Counted from the stretch's first letter, positions 21,287 to 31,376 are shown. The stretch is 64,000 bases of DNA from a virus (IMGVR_UViG_3300042291_001013); one strand, 5' to 3'. Numbers and translations: made by a program. Notes: a model not told the origin generated them from the letters alone.

Positions 21287-22334
21287 TGTATTCTACTTCT
21301 AGGTCAGTAAGCTCAGGATATATGGGCAAGCTCAAACAGCGACGGCTTAGAGCATAACTGGCCGCCAACATGTCTGGACCTTGATAATGCTGGAATGCCG
21401 GTAGTTCTTGCACGGGCTCTGCATAGTGTATTTTGGTTTCAATCTTGCGCAAGTTAAGATTTTGTTGCAGAATATCCCGGTTGTTGACTTCAATCACAAA
21501 CTTGTGATAGCAATGCTTATCAACATTGTTGTCATCAATTAACGTTCTAATTGCAGTGTTTTTCAAACGTTCAATCCAGTGACGAGCAACGGTTCCACGA
21601 CGATGTTGCCAAGCATCTAGGTGTCGTGTTTTGACTATCATTTGCGCACAGTCAACTTCGCTCATGCGACTATTTGTACCAATATCAGAATGCCGTGTAT
21701 GTTTGCCGTTGGCCACAAAGTCACGTGCAAATTCGTTGAGTTCAAATCGATCAGTCACCACTGCACCGCCATTGCCGTAGTTGGCAAAATTCTTTGTGGG
21801 ATCAAAACTGATTGCGGCAGCCACACTGTGTCGACGACATCGATCTGCTAGCCAGTGTTGTGCGGCATCTTCGATTACTATATCACCATGATTTTTCCAC
21901 TGTCGATCCACACTGTGTCCATACAAACCTACCAAACATACTGCTTGGTAACTTACGTCTTTTGACAGTTTTTTGTAGTCCATCTGACCATTATGGTCAG
22001 TGTCCAAGATGTGAATATTCCAGCCAGCTCGAATCCAAGCATTGGCAGTGGCCGGATAGGTCAGCGCAGGTATGATCACAGTGGGTGGTGTGATGCCAAT
22101 TTTACTTCTAAAATATTCGGCAATGATTTCCAAGGCCTGTGTGCCAGAGTGACACAGTGTAGCATGCTTTACACCGTTCTTACGAGACAACCAATGAGCA
22201 AACTCTGCGGTGTAGTTGCCATCCATAAGCCGGCCGCTACGCAAAACCTCATCAGTTACTTCTAAGATTTCACTTCTTAGATTGTTGTACTGTTTTTTTA
22301 GACCAGTAAATGGAATTGTAAGACCGGTAGTCAT
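21258..22334 (-). CDS. DegT/DnrJ/EryC1/StrS sugar aminotransferase
   Basis: SGTQAL, EDAAQ, SFDPTKN (PLP Lys), SLPIYP. Confidence 0.92.
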   Translation of the reverse strand: MTTGLTIPFTGLKKQYNNLRSEILEVTDEVLRSGRLMDGNYTAEFAHWLSRKNGVKHATLCHSGTQALEIIAEYFRSKIGITPPTVIIPALTYPATANAWIRAGWNIHILDTDHNGQMDYKKLSKDVSYQAVCLVGLYGHSVDRQWKNHGDIVIEDAAQHWLADRCRRHSVAAAISFDPTKNFANYGNGGAVVTDRFELNEFARDFVANGKHTRHSDIGTNSRMSEVDCAQMIVKTRHLDAWQHRRGTVARHWIERLKNTAIRTLIDDNNVDKHCYHKFVIEVNNRDILQQNLNLRKIETKIHYAEPVQELPAFQHYQGPDMLAASYALSRRCLSLPIYPELTDLEVEYIIDQVLDCV

Positions 22335-22510
22335 CCATTCTTTGCCCAGGCAACATACCCACCATTGGTATCACTCCATGGACAGTATTGTTCCCACAGT
22401 GCTTTACATGTGTCGGGATTGTCTTTCATGAGTTTATCCAGTGTGGGTCTAGTTAGATATCCAGCATGACTCCAGTCATGATTTTTTATTGCAGTTTCTA
22501 AATCAGTCAT
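22331..22510 (-). CDS. 59-aa hypothetical protein MTDLETAIKNHDWSH...
   Basis: Hand translation; fills the gap and has an ATGA overlap with the aminotransferase. Confidence 0.65.
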   Translation of the reverse strand: MTDLETAIKNHDWSHAGYLTRPTLDKLMKDNPDTCKALWEQYCPWSDTNGGYVAWAKNG

Positions 22511-22522
22511 TTTGTTTATCTT

Positions 22523-23491
22523 TTAAAGAGTTTTTTTCCAATAAGATGACTCACTTAACCACTTGAAGTAATTCTGAAATCCCTCTTCTACATCTACTTT
22601 AGGGTCATACCCTAAGATAGTTCTTGCACGATCAATATTTAATGCACCACGGCTGGGAAAGTCTGCATCTTTGTCTCGAACTTCAATGGTGCCGTTGCCC
22701 ACAATTTTAACAATCATTTCGGCAGCTTCTAATAGGCTTACTGAATGACTCTTGGTAATGTTGTAAGTGCTGTTCCTAGACATGATACGAGTTGCGGCAG
22801 CTACAATCCCATCCGCGGCATCGTCCACATAGGTAAAGTCTAAGGTTTCGCCTGCGCCGTTTACCTTGAGAGTTTCTCCGCGCATAGCGGCGAGCATAAA
22901 TTTTGCAACAACTCGGTCCTCAACGTCAAGCGGTCCATAAACAGCACTGGGACGTAAAATAGCATAATCAAAAGCGCCACGACGATGATAATCTTTAACA
23001 ATATCTTCTCCACATAATTTCATAATACCGTACTGCCCAATGGGATGACAGTCATCATCTTCTAGTACTTGATCTTCAAAGTCACCGTACACCATTGAGC
23101 TTGAAATGTAAACCACACGCTCTACTCGGTGTTTTTTGGCACTCTCGCAAACATTGATCAAGCCTTCCATCATGACTCTAGCACCGTTAGCAGGGTTTGC
23201 ATTAACAACCTTTTGTCTAGGAAAGCTAGCCATGTGAATGATAACTTCGGGCAGTGTTTTCTCCACAGCCTTGTCCATGGCTTCTGCGTCTGCAATGTTT
23301 TCCATGAACACCAAGGTGTCTGGAGCCAGCTTCTTTTGACGCTCAGTCATCAAGTAGTGCAATTCCTCTTCGGGAATGATACCGTAGTTGGTGCAGTTGT
23401 CAACAATGCTGACATCGTGTCTCATGCCTTGCAATTTATTTACTACATTGTGTCCAATGAGGCCCATGCCTCCAGTTACTAAAATTTTCAT
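22523..23491 (-). CDS. NAD-dependent nucleotide-sugar epimerase/dehydratase
   Basis: TGGMGLIG, SSSMVYG, YGIMK, DFTYVDD. Confidence 0.92.
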   Translation of the reverse strand: MKILVTGGMGLIGHNVVNKLQGMRHDVSIVDNCTNYGIIPEEELHYLMTERQKKLAPDTLVFMENIADAEAMDKAVEKTLPEVIIHMASFPRQKVVNANPANGARVMMEGLINVCESAKKHRVERVVYISSSMVYGDFEDQVLEDDDCHPIGQYGIMKLCGEDIVKDYHRRGAFDYAILRPSAVYGPLDVEDRVVAKFMLAAMRGETLKVNGAGETLDFTYVDDAADGIVAAATRIMSRNSTYNITKSHSVSLLEAAEMIVKIVGNGTIEVRDKDADFPSRGALNIDRARTILGYDPKVDVEEGFQNYFKWLSESSYWKKTL

Positions 23492-24201
23492 ATGTATTGC
23501 TTTTCTTTCAAAAATGGTAGAATAACTTGATCTGTAAATAATTTGTGTTGCTCAGAACTGGGATGACGATCTCCGTTGATAGGAAACTCTAGTCCCGAAC
23601 TATCACGGCACCATTCGTACTCTCCATCCACTGGCAGAAATTGATCAAAATCAATCTGCTCATACAAATATTTTATGTCAGGGTATATACGCTGTTGGAA
23701 CACGTTGTTAGTATACGTAGTCATGAAGTATTTGATATTATGGAGTTTTAAAAACCATTGAGTTCTAAGTATATGCTCGTTGCTGTATATATATTGTCCT
23801 ATCATGTCATGATAATGCTGGTAATAATTTTGTGACAACTCAGTTTGCCAATTGTGACTCATTATAGTCCAACTACCATTGCTTTCGGGAACAAATTTAG
23901 TAGGATTTTCCATGTAGCCGTCTTCTTTAACCAACGGCGGAGTTTTTTGAAAGTATACGTCGTGCCTATCTGGCCCTGACCACATAATACCAACTAAAAG
24001 GTCGTTAGAATTGTATTCTTTAAGTGACTGAATAACCTGATAAATTACACGTCTACTGATCAAACCGTTGCCTTGACTGCCCATTCCGGTACTCTCATGA
24101 GTATATTCAGTCAATGATCTTGCAAGATGTTTTGGCCACGTGTCAATCCAGGGAGATAAACATTCGCTAAAACTACACCCACCGGTGATCAGTTGCTTCA
24201 T
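23488..24201 (-). CDS. SGNH hydrolase-like protein
   Basis: GGCSFS, GSQGN, DRHP. Confidence 0.6.
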   Translation of the reverse strand: MKQLITGGCSFSECLSPWIDTWPKHLARSLTEYTHESTGMGSQGNGLISRRVIYQVIQSLKEYNSNDLLVGIMWSGPDRHDVYFQKTPPLVKEDGYMENPTKFVPESNGSWTIMSHNWQTELSQNYYQHYHDMIGQYIYSNEHILRTQWFLKLHNIKYFMTTYTNNVFQQRIYPDIKYLYEQIDFDQFLPVDGEYEWCRDSSGLEFPINGDRHPSSEQHKLFTDQVILPFLKEKQYI

Positions 24202-24530
24202 TTAATGTTTCCCCATTTAAGTGTCCAAAAAGTTTCGTTTTGTTCGCTGAGTCTTGCTATGATACGATACAGATGTCCGTATGTGGTGGGGTCTGCATGT
24301 CTAGTCCAATAAGGCGGGTCTTCAGCATGTTCCATTACAAACTTGCCAGAGTCACTATTTTGCCAGTCCCAAATTGGACTTGCCACACACAAGTCTGGGT
24401 CCTCCACATCGCCCATGCGAATTTCATGCACACATACATCACGAAACCGCACTGGCTTCTCGTCAATGATCTTTGTCATTTCAGGTTGCCAGTGCCGGTA
24501 TTCAGCTAGTTCGTTGTGCGTTATTGCCAT
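24198..24530 (-). CDS. Hypothetical protein
   Basis: Operon-packed ORF; TATAAT 5 nt upstream of ATG. Confidence 0.7.
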   Translation of the reverse strand: MAITHNELAEYRHWQPEMTKIIDEKPVRFRDVCVHEIRMGDVEDPDLCVASPIWDWQNSDSGKFVMEHAEDPPYWTRHADPTTYGHLYRIIARLSEQNETFWTLKWGNIK

Positions 24531-24546
24531 AACACATTATAGCAGA

Positions 24547-25233
24547 TTAAGCTACTAGAGTCGAGGTCATTGGAAAAATTGCTGTAATGGCCTGAGCACA
24601 AGCACGAGCAATATCCATGTGTTCCTTTTGGGTGCCATTGCTGGCACGAAGTTCAATGTAGTGAATCCAGCTACGCAGGGTACCGTTCATGTACATGCGG
24701 CTTACAGTAAGTCCTTCAGGTAACACAGCACGAGCTTGTTCTTTGGCAATACCATTGTCAATAGCCCACTTGTACTCTTTCTTCACAGCATACAACACAC
24801 GCTTCTGAGCACGTTCCCATTCATAAGCAAGAAGCTTTTGTGCCTCATCTGTCATGTCCAAGTCTACGCTATTCTGTCTATTCTGGGTGTCTTGGAATCG
24901 TGCCTCACGTAGCACAAACGCCTCATCGAGTTCAGCTGTAGGATCAGCATATCGCTGGGAGAACTCTTGAAAGCTGAAACTTCTGTGACGTAGAATCTGT
25001 CGGGCAATATCACGGGTGGTTGTGATTTCGAGACAGGCTGAGACCATTTCGAGTGGGCTCCAGTGCTGGTGCTTGATAAGGTATCTGATAAGTTTTTCGC
25101 TTGTGTCTGTGTTGAATTGATTGGCAGGGTTGGACACACGGGCGCAATAGGCAATGAGTTCCTGAGCGTCATCAACACCCTGGGATCTAAATGACTCAGT
25201 TGGTTGACTGTGGGATAAAAGGGTAACATTCAT
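24547..25233 (-). CDS. thyX: FAD-dependent thymidylate synthase
   Basis: HWSPLE, RHRSFSFQEFSQRY, TQKEH. Confidence 0.95.
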   Translation of the reverse strand: MNVTLLSHSQPTESFRSQGVDDAQELIAYCARVSNPANQFNTDTSEKLIRYLIKHQHWSPLEMVSACLEITTTRDIARQILRHRSFSFQEFSQRYADPTAELDEAFVLREARFQDTQNRQNSVDLDMTDEAQKLLAYEWERAQKRVLYAVKKEYKWAIDNGIAKEQARAVLPEGLTVSRMYMNGTLRSWIHYIELRASNGTQKEHMDIARACAQAITAIFPMTSTLVA

Positions 25234-25535
25234 TTAAGATTGCTTAAAAGTTTATCAGTTTCGGGTTGAACAATCTCAGCAACAGCCGCCGCATCAACAA
25301 TAAAGTCAATGTCACGAACCTCGTCGCCAAACTCGGTCAGAGTACGGGTCAAGACAATTTCTAATTCCACAATGTCAAGTCCCTGTCGTTTTAATGTGTT
25401 CAGATTGATGGTTTTTTGACGTTTACCATGCAATCTAATCACCACTTTTTTAATGCATTCAAGCGGGACTTCGGTCTTGTTTACTTCATCAATGATGTGT
25501 TCCCACTTGGCAAGGAACTCATCACTGAACTGCAT
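25230..25535 (-). CDS. Hypothetical protein
   Basis: Overlap-packed ORF. Confidence 0.7.
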   Translation of the reverse strand: MQFSDEFLAKWEHIIDEVNKTEVPLECIKKVVIRLHGKRQKTINLNTLKRQGLDIVELEIVLTRTLTEFGDEVRDIDFIVDAAAVAEIVQPETDKLLSNLK

Positions 25536-26262
25536 TGGCAGGCACCGCCACTTTCTTGGGACGACCGCGCTTGGGAGCCTCGGTAGTGGGTTGTGCCTGT
25601 TTTGGAGTCACAAAGCCATCTAGTTTTACACTGGGATGAAGACCTTGTGCTTGCTTTTTCATTCTGGCTGCTTCGGCAATCATGCCTTTGGCTTCAATTT
25701 CCATGCGTTTGGCCTGAGCCAACATGTTAACAGCCAAGGACTTGTCATCCAAGGCGCCGTCAACTGATTGCAATGGTGGAACATAAGGGGTTCTTGTGTC
25801 TTGTGCCTTGCGCTCTTGTTCGCGTTTGTATTCTGCTTCGGCCTTGCGTTTTTGTGCAGGATCAACAAACCCAGTTGAGTTATCAATTTCTTGCAATCGC
25901 TTGACAGCATCAGCACCTTGCTCCATCTCTTTAACAATCCTGTTGAGCTCATCCAGTTTGACCGAGCTAGAAGGAGTGGGAGTAACAATCACTTGGTTGG
26001 TAGGAATTTTCTTGATCATGCCTTCTCGGTGCAGAGCTTCCAACTGAGGACGACCATCGGGCAACAGTCTACGATGCAACGCATCGGCCAATTGTGTAGC
26101 AGCCTGACCTTCAGTGCTTTCTACTGACTGCATGATTGAATCATGAATGTGTGTGGGCATGACTTCTGGGTACACCACAAGGCACATATGGTCCTCGTTA
26201 GGAACTTCTCTCCATAAAATAGCAACCTTGCGGTCACCGTGTCGTCCAATATGTTTAAGCAT
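25522..26262 (-). CDS. Hypothetical protein with coiled-coil, basic C-terminus
   Basis: 246-aa ORF overlapping neighbours. Confidence 0.75.
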   Translation of the reverse strand: MLKHIGRHGDRKVAILWREVPNEDHMCLVVYPEVMPTHIHDSIMQSVESTEGQAATQLADALHRRLLPDGRPQLEALHREGMIKKIPTNQVIVTPTPSSSVKLDELNRIVKEMEQGADAVKRLQEIDNSTGFVDPAQKRKAEAEYKREQERKAQDTRTPYVPPLQSVDGALDDKSLAVNMLAQAKRMEIEAKGMIAEAARMKKQAQGLHPSVKLDGFVTPKQAQPTTEAPKRGRPKKVAVPANAVQ

Positions 26263-26473
26263 TTTCTTCTCCTTGTGGTAGTTGTGCTTCTGACTGCTGA
26301 GCTTGTTCCTGCTGTTCAGCCTGCTGTTTTACAGCCTCGAGAAACCGGGTAAGTTTGTCGTATGTTTCGCCAACAGCTCGCATTTCTGACGCTTTGAAAG
26401 CACCGCGTGTGCAAGCCGCGTCAATGAGTTGATGTATTGATGCCAAGTCGGCAATTGTAAGTTGTGTGTCCAT
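26255..26473 (-). CDS. Small hypothetical protein
   Basis: TAAATA 5 nt upstream of ATG. Confidence 0.75.
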   Translation of the reverse strand: MDTQLTIADLASIHQLIDAACTRGAFKASEMRAVGETYDKLTRFLEAVKQQAEQQEQAQQSEAQLPQGEENA

Positions 26474-26535
26474 ATAGATATTTAATGTCTAAATACCTAC
26501 AGAAATAATTTTAAATGCGATTTTGGGCAAATTGA

Positions 26536-26847
26536 TCACAGCCAAGCATGGGCTGTGCGTGTGTTAAGATAGCGCATACTGGCCTGGCCCGCACTAGCAA
26601 AATATCGCTTTTCAAACAGTTGATAGGCACTCCTCCAACGAAGCCGTACAGGTTCGGGTGCATGGCAAGCCCGATAGTGCAAGCACTGAAACGTGCGAAT
26701 AATAAATTGGCGGTTGATCCCGTCCTTGGCTCGGTTCCAACGCACTCTGCTCTGCCAATTGTAGTTGATCGTGCGCCCGTGTTTTAGACGGTGTTTCAGT
26801 TGGTATAATTTGCCTATGTCTCGTGGCCTAAATTTGCTCAGTTCCAT
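26536..26847 (-). CDS. Hypothetical basic protein (uncertain)
   Basis: Fills gap in operon orientation; atypical composition. Confidence 0.4.
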   Translation of the reverse strand: MELSKFRPRDIGKLYQLKHRLKHGRTINYNWQSRVRWNRAKDGINRQFIIRTFQCLHYRACHAPEPVRLRWRSAYQLFEKRYFASAGQASMRYLNTRTAHAWL

Positions 26848-27122
26848 GCTTTTAAATCCTTGGGACCAACAAAAATTATCTGCGTTACAATACCATTGTG
26901 CTTGATCGGCAAATCCAAGTGTACACTAACCCTGGGACCTTGCCGTTCATTGATCAAGGTATCGTTGCCCACAGTGCCCACAAAAGGAATTTTGTTCCAC
27001 TTGCCATGCACACGATCTCCAATGTCCCAAGTGGCCTTGTATCGGTTCTGTGCAAAGTATTCGGCAAGATTACCCACGTGGTTGTCTCCACTGCTCACGT
27101 GCCAATTTGGTTTCTTCTGCAA
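26838..27122 (-). CDS. Hypothetical protein, possible SH3-like fold
   Basis: WDIGDRVHGKW..FVGTVG; start uncertain. Confidence 0.55.
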   Translation of the reverse strand: MQKKPNWHVSSGDNHVGNLAEYFAQNRYKATWDIGDRVHGKWNKIPFVGTVGNDTLINERQGPRVSVHLDLPIKHNGIVTQIIFVGPKDLKAWN

Positions 27123-27215
27123 TTCTTTTGCTCAAAGACCAAAGTGGTTGCCAGAAATAACCAATTACAAATCCACCGACCAAGCAAGTCAGAGCAATCT
27201 TTATTTCTTCCCAGT

Positions 27216-27431
27216 TCATACAATTTTTCCTATGCCCAAATAGATTAGTTCATCTAGCTCACGCTGGTAGTCTTGACTCAATCGACGTTTTAGATAGATT
27301 GCTGTAAGCAGTTCAGTTCCAGACTGGCTAGCCATGCCCTTGCCACGACTTTCTAATTCTTCAACAAGATCTTCAGTGTCAAAATCGTGCAACCCTACGT
27401 CAACTTCAACTTCTGTGTATACTGTTGGCAT
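27216..27431 (-). CDS. Hypothetical protein
   Basis: Start MPTVY at a TAATG overlap with the upstream stop. Confidence 0.65.
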   Translation of the reverse strand: MPTVYTEVEVDVGLHDFDTEDLVEELESRGKGMASQSGTELLTAIYLKRRLSQDYQRELDELIYLGIGKIV

Positions 27432-27778
27432 TATGCCACCTCCGTTAGTTTTTTCCAAACAGCCTTCTTTTCTAGCTCGGTGCGATATGTAGTACGACAG
27501 CCGCCTAAATCATCACGCCACATTTCGATTGCCTTGTAACTGCCACGTGATTGAGTAGGCATACTCTCGTTGATCCACATGGCAATGGCCCAGAACATTT
27601 GACGGTTGGCAGTATCAGCTGAGTATAAGGCACGTTCGTAATCCTTGGCAATCATTGACTCAACAAAGCCACCTGGGGCCCAGCCCCGTAGCAGGTAGTT
27701 ACTGATTGTGTCACGAGTATGACCAGGCACTTCCATGCCCATGTGCTTGGGATCGAGATTATCAAAGTCAATCATCAC
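27431..27778 (-). CDS. Hypothetical protein
   Basis: Overlap-packed ORF. Confidence 0.7.
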   Translation of the reverse strand: MMIDFDNLDPKHMGMEVPGHTRDTISNYLLRGWAPGGFVESMIAKDYERALYSADTANRQMFWAIAMWINESMPTQSRGSYKAIEMWRDDLGGCRTTYRTELEKKAVWKKLTEVA

Positions 27779-29073
27779 TCAGCCTCGTCGTAGTAGGCGT
27801 GTTGACCCCAAGGTGGCTCAATAGTTGTGGTACCATGCAGTATCCAAACAGTATCTGCATAATTCTCATCGCCCCAAGAACCAAACGGATATCCGTCTGT
27901 AAACACAACCAGGCGCTTGGGTTCAATCTCGTTTTCTTTGAGATAGGTAAAGATACAATCAAAGTCTGTGCCACCACCACCTTTGACTTCGTAGTCGCAA
28001 ATGTCATCCAGGTTGTCTGAGTCATATTGTGCAGGATTATATGCTTCAGTATCAAACGTAATAACATGAATCTTGTAAGCAGGGAACGAGTCCATGATGC
28101 CTTGTATCTCGCCCAAGAAGTCCTTGAGCATGCTTTCGCTAATTGACCCAGAAGCGTCCAGGGCCACAGCAATATCGATCATGGGATCTTGTTTCATGCC
28201 CGGCATTACTGCATCCATGTGCCAGCCACGTCGGCTTGCTCGCATCCAAGTGTAGTCACTCTTGATAGTGCTTTCTAACTGCATGCGGAGCAGTTCGCGC
28301 CAGTTCATCTTGGGCTCAGTAAGCTCTTGAATCAGACGCTTGACACCTGCAGGCAAGTTACCTGCACCGTCCACAGTAGCGGCAGCCGCCAGCATGGCTT
28401 CCTTGATCTCATCGCGGATCTGTTGCTTTTCAGCATCGCTAAGTTTGGGACGACCCTTGCCTTCGCCTTCTTCTCCGTCACCGTCACCTTCGCCATCCAA
28501 GTGCTCGTCCAACATCTTGTCAATAAGATCACCCAAATTGATTTTCTGCACGTTCTTCATCAAGTCGTCGTAGACTTCTTCAGAGCTAAACCCATCATAC
28601 TTGCGGTCGTACAAACAAGGCACTGTGGTAATCTTTTCACCTACATTGTGTTTGACAAGGTCGCCGTTGACACAGAAGTCGTTAGCAATGTTCCAGATCT
28701 GCGGATCTCGATCACCACGACGTCCAAAGTGATCATAAACACAATGCAACACCTCGTGCCCAAACAAGAACTCAATTTCTTTGGGCTTGAGCATTTTAAT
28801 AAAGCGACTATTGTAATAGAAGTGGCGTCCGTCCGTTGCGGCAGTACCACACCATTCGTCAGCGTTTACTAACTTGAGTCGAGTAGCAAGGTTGCCAAAG
28901 AAACTGGCCTTGAGCAACAAGCCCACACGGGCAGTAATCAACATTTCGCGTACTTCGCGATCCAGTTTGGGTTCCATGGGACCAATTAGATTGGCAAATT
29001 TTTGTTTGTCTTCTTTAGTAGCAGTGGTACCGCTAGCTTTTGCATATAGCACGTCGGGAGTAAAATAGTGCAT
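27775..29073 (-). CDS. Metallopeptidase + VWA-like domain protein (DUF2201 type)
   Basis: HEVLH (HExxH), DASGS MIDAS, GGGGTDF, VFTDG. Confidence 0.88.
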   Translation of the reverse strand: MHYFTPDVLYAKASGTTATKEDKQKFANLIGPMEPKLDREVREMLITARVGLLLKASFFGNLATRLKLVNADEWCGTAATDGRHFYYNSRFIKMLKPKEIEFLFGHEVLHCVYDHFGRRGDRDPQIWNIANDFCVNGDLVKHNVGEKITTVPCLYDRKYDGFSSEEVYDDLMKNVQKINLGDLIDKMLDEHLDGEGDGDGEEGEGKGRPKLSDAEKQQIRDEIKEAMLAAAATVDGAGNLPAGVKRLIQELTEPKMNWRELLRMQLESTIKSDYTWMRASRRGWHMDAVMPGMKQDPMIDIAVALDASGSISESMLKDFLGEIQGIMDSFPAYKIHVITFDTEAYNPAQYDSDNLDDICDYEVKGGGGTDFDCIFTYLKENEIEPKRLVVFTDGYPFGSWGDENYADTVWILHGTTTIEPPWGQHAYYDEAE

Positions 29074-29100
29074 GTGGGTCCTTTGTTGCGTTATGTGTAT

Positions 29101-29129
29101 ATTATAGCAGAATGCAATTTATTGGTCAA
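29101..29129 (-). promoter_or_regulatory. Promoter TTGACC-17-TATAAT
   Basis: Direct match upstream of the VWA gene. Confidence 0.85.
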
Positions 29130-29152
29130 GTTGTAAGTGTAGCACTTGAGTA

Positions 29153-29437
29153 CTACAAATTCAAGTACTTTAGTTGAAACCATGACTGTGCCTGCTCACT
29201 GTAAAAGTCCAAACAAACTTGGTCTTGGTAGTGCATTTTTGGTCCATTTGGGGTTGGGTGGTCAATTGGCACAAGTCCTTGGTGGTAGCGATACATAAAC
29301 CCTAGCTCACGCTTTAGTTTTGGTCTAATGGCCATGCTCATGCCGTACTGTTGCAAAATTTTAGCATAGATATCTGCCCACTCACCAGGGTTGTGAAAGA
29401 TGATCAGGTTCTTTTTTATTGTGATGCGGGATGACAT
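29153..29437 (-). CDS. Hypothetical protein
   Basis: Start taken at MSSRITIKK. Confidence 0.6.
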   Translation of the reverse strand: MSSRITIKKNLIIFHNPGEWADIYAKILQQYGMSMAIRPKLKRELGFMYRYHQGLVPIDHPTPNGPKMHYQDQVCLDFYSEQAQSWFQLKYLNL

Positions 29438-29745
29438 AACACAAACCAACTCAGTGTTTTATCTTCGTCTACATAGATGCGATAGTCGCCGTACTTGACA
29501 GCATAGGCCCAGACAGGATTGATGTCGTTGTCTTGATATACTTCACGGTGGTTGCGTTTATTTTGCATCATTTGACTGCGAGTCTCAACATCCTGACTCC
29601 AACCAAAATGTTCGTTGAACCAGCGTCGGCATCGATCAAAATCTAGCACGCCAGTGCCACGGCCAACATCTTTTTTGAACTCAATAAGGTATCGGTATCC
29701 ATGTCTGGAATACCTGCCATCCATCTTGATAATTTTGTAATGCAT
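29416..29745 (-). CDS. Hypothetical protein
   Basis: Start taken at MHYKIIK (29745). Confidence 0.6.
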   Translation of the reverse strand: MHYKIIKMDGRYSRHGYRYLIEFKKDVGRGTGVLDFDRCRRWFNEHFGWSQDVETRSQMMQNKRNHREVYQDNDINPVWAYAVKYGDYRIYVDEDKTLSWFVLCHPASQ

Positions 29746-29812
29746 AGTTATAAAAAGAAAAGGAGCCGTGTGCCACACAGCCCGTGTATTTAATACACAC
29801 GGCCCCTTTAAC

Positions 29813-30898
29813 TTAGGCTGAAGCCTGCAAGATGTACTTGCCAAATCGCGAGTGGAACTCGTCAAAGTGCTTGAGCTTGGTGGGCAGGAAGGGCAAGTCG
29901 TATGTGGTAAGAGCAATACGAGCACCCATCACAGTGAGCTCAGTCTCAAAGTTCTTCATCATGTATGCCAGGAAGTTGTCTGCCATGTTATGGAACTCCT
30001 TGCTGTCAACTTTCTTCTCAACAGCATCCTTGAGCTCGTAGCACATGGAGATCACCAGACTGTACATGGCACTCACTTCTTTTACGTTCAAGTCCTTGAC
30101 CTTGCCATCCAAGATGTCCTTGGGGTTGGGCATACGTCCAGCAACCTTGCGGTGGCTCATGAACTTAACTGCAAGGCCTTCGCCCACAGTACCTGCAATC
30201 AGATTAGTTAGAGTCTCGTCGTCAGTGGACTCGTCGTTTAACAGCTGGCTCACAAAAGTCCATGAACGCGGAGTAGCAAATGCACGTGAGCTAGACTTGG
30301 CGTCAAAGTCGTACAAGTCCTGCTTGGCAAAACTCAAGTAACCCACAACGTCTTTGTGGATCTTGTTCATCACAGCCCACTCTTGGTAGCTGGCAAAGTC
30401 CACCTTCATCTCTTGGTGAATAAAGCGGTTTGCCAGCGGTGTTGGCATGCGATATGTAACACCCTTGTCCGACTCACGGTTACCTGCGGCAACCATCACA
30501 ACATTGTCGGGTAACTTATACTTGCCAATACGTCGATTCAAGATCAGCTGATACGCCGCGGCCTGTACACTAGCCGGAGCCGAGTTCAGTTCGTCCAAGA
30601 ACAGCACCACAATGGGATACTGGCTGGCAAGTTCGTCGTCGGGCAGTTCCACAGGAGGTGCCCAATCCATCTTGCCAAGGTCCTTGTTGTAATACGGAAT
30701 ACCGCGAATGTCTGTGGGTTCCATCTGACCCAGGCGCAAGTCAATCATAAGACCATTAAGGTCATTAGTGATGCCTTCAACAAGTTCACTCTTGCCAATG
30801 CCGGGAGGACCCCACAAGAACAAAGGACGTTTGACTTGGAATGCCTTGAGCAGACTTTTGCGAGCTTGCAGGGCGGTAACGGTGCGTGATTCTGACAT
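29813..30898 (-). CDS. MoxR-like AAA+ ATPase
   Basis: GPPGIGKS, LFLDE, AAGNR, LANRF, TPRSW. Confidence 0.9.
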   Translation of the reverse strand: MSESRTVTALQARKSLLKAFQVKRPLFLWGPPGIGKSELVEGITNDLNGLMIDLRLGQMEPTDIRGIPYYNKDLGKMDWAPPVELPDDELASQYPIVVLFLDELNSAPASVQAAAYQLILNRRIGKYKLPDNVVMVAAGNRESDKGVTYRMPTPLANRFIHQEMKVDFASYQEWAVMNKIHKDVVGYLSFAKQDLYDFDAKSSSRAFATPRSWTFVSQLLNDESTDDETLTNLIAGTVGEGLAVKFMSHRKVAGRMPNPKDILDGKVKDLNVKEVSAMYSLVISMCYELKDAVEKKVDSKEFHNMADNFLAYMMKNFETELTVMGARIALTTYDLPFLPTKLKHFDEFHSRFGKYILQASA

Positions 30899-30934
30899 GG
30901 GCTGTGCCTTTTAAAAAATTGTTGCTAAGTCGTT

Positions 30935-30963
30935 ATTGTAGTTGATCTTGATTTAATGGTCAA
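30935..30963 (-). promoter_or_regulatory. Promoter TTGACC-17-TACAAT
   Basis: Direct match upstream of the AAA ATPase. Confidence 0.8.
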
Positions 30964-31142
30964 CTGTTCATTGTTGCAAAAGGGCTAAGAACTTCTTCAG
31001 TTTCTCCATCCATCTCCTGCGCCTCGTAGACCCAGTTCACTGGAATCTCCAGCTCACGGGCCACGTCCATGGGAGTATTGCCTGCTTTCAGCAAGTACTC
31101 GATGTCTAGTACTAGTTCGCTCATCTTACTCATGTTATTCAC
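30960..31142 (-). CDS. Small hypothetical protein
   Basis: Acidic 60-aa ORF in an early block. Confidence 0.6.
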   Translation of the reverse strand: MNNMSKMSELVLDIEYLLKAGNTPMDVARELEIPVNWVYEAQEMDGETEEVLSPFATMNS

Positions 31143-31148
31143 CTTAAA

Positions 31149-31376
31149 TTAAGCCGGAACTCGAGCATCCATCATTTCTGACAGGATAAATTTGGCAATG
31201 TTGATTTGCTTGCGAGCAGTTTCAGTCTGGCCCATGGCCATTAGTTCTTGTGCATCACTCAGCACACCCATAGCAACCATTTCAAGTCCAGTGAACTTTG
31301 CTGTGATGCTTTCCATGTACTGCTCACGGATATCAGCTTCAGACATACCGTAGCACTTGTTTTCAAATTCTGTCAT
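31149..31376 (-). CDS. Hypothetical early protein
   Basis: Directly downstream of a consensus promoter; AAGGAA RBS. Confidence 0.7.
   Translation of the reverse strand: MTEFENKCYGMSEADIREQYMESITAKFTGLEMVAMGVLSDAQELMAMGQTETARKQINIAKFILSEMMDARVPA

Noticed and set aside
29760-29805. Nested GCCGTGTG/CACACGGC inverted repeats as a novel element
   Set aside because: Most simply the intrinsic terminator after the AAA ATPase gene (followed by TTTTC on the minus strand).
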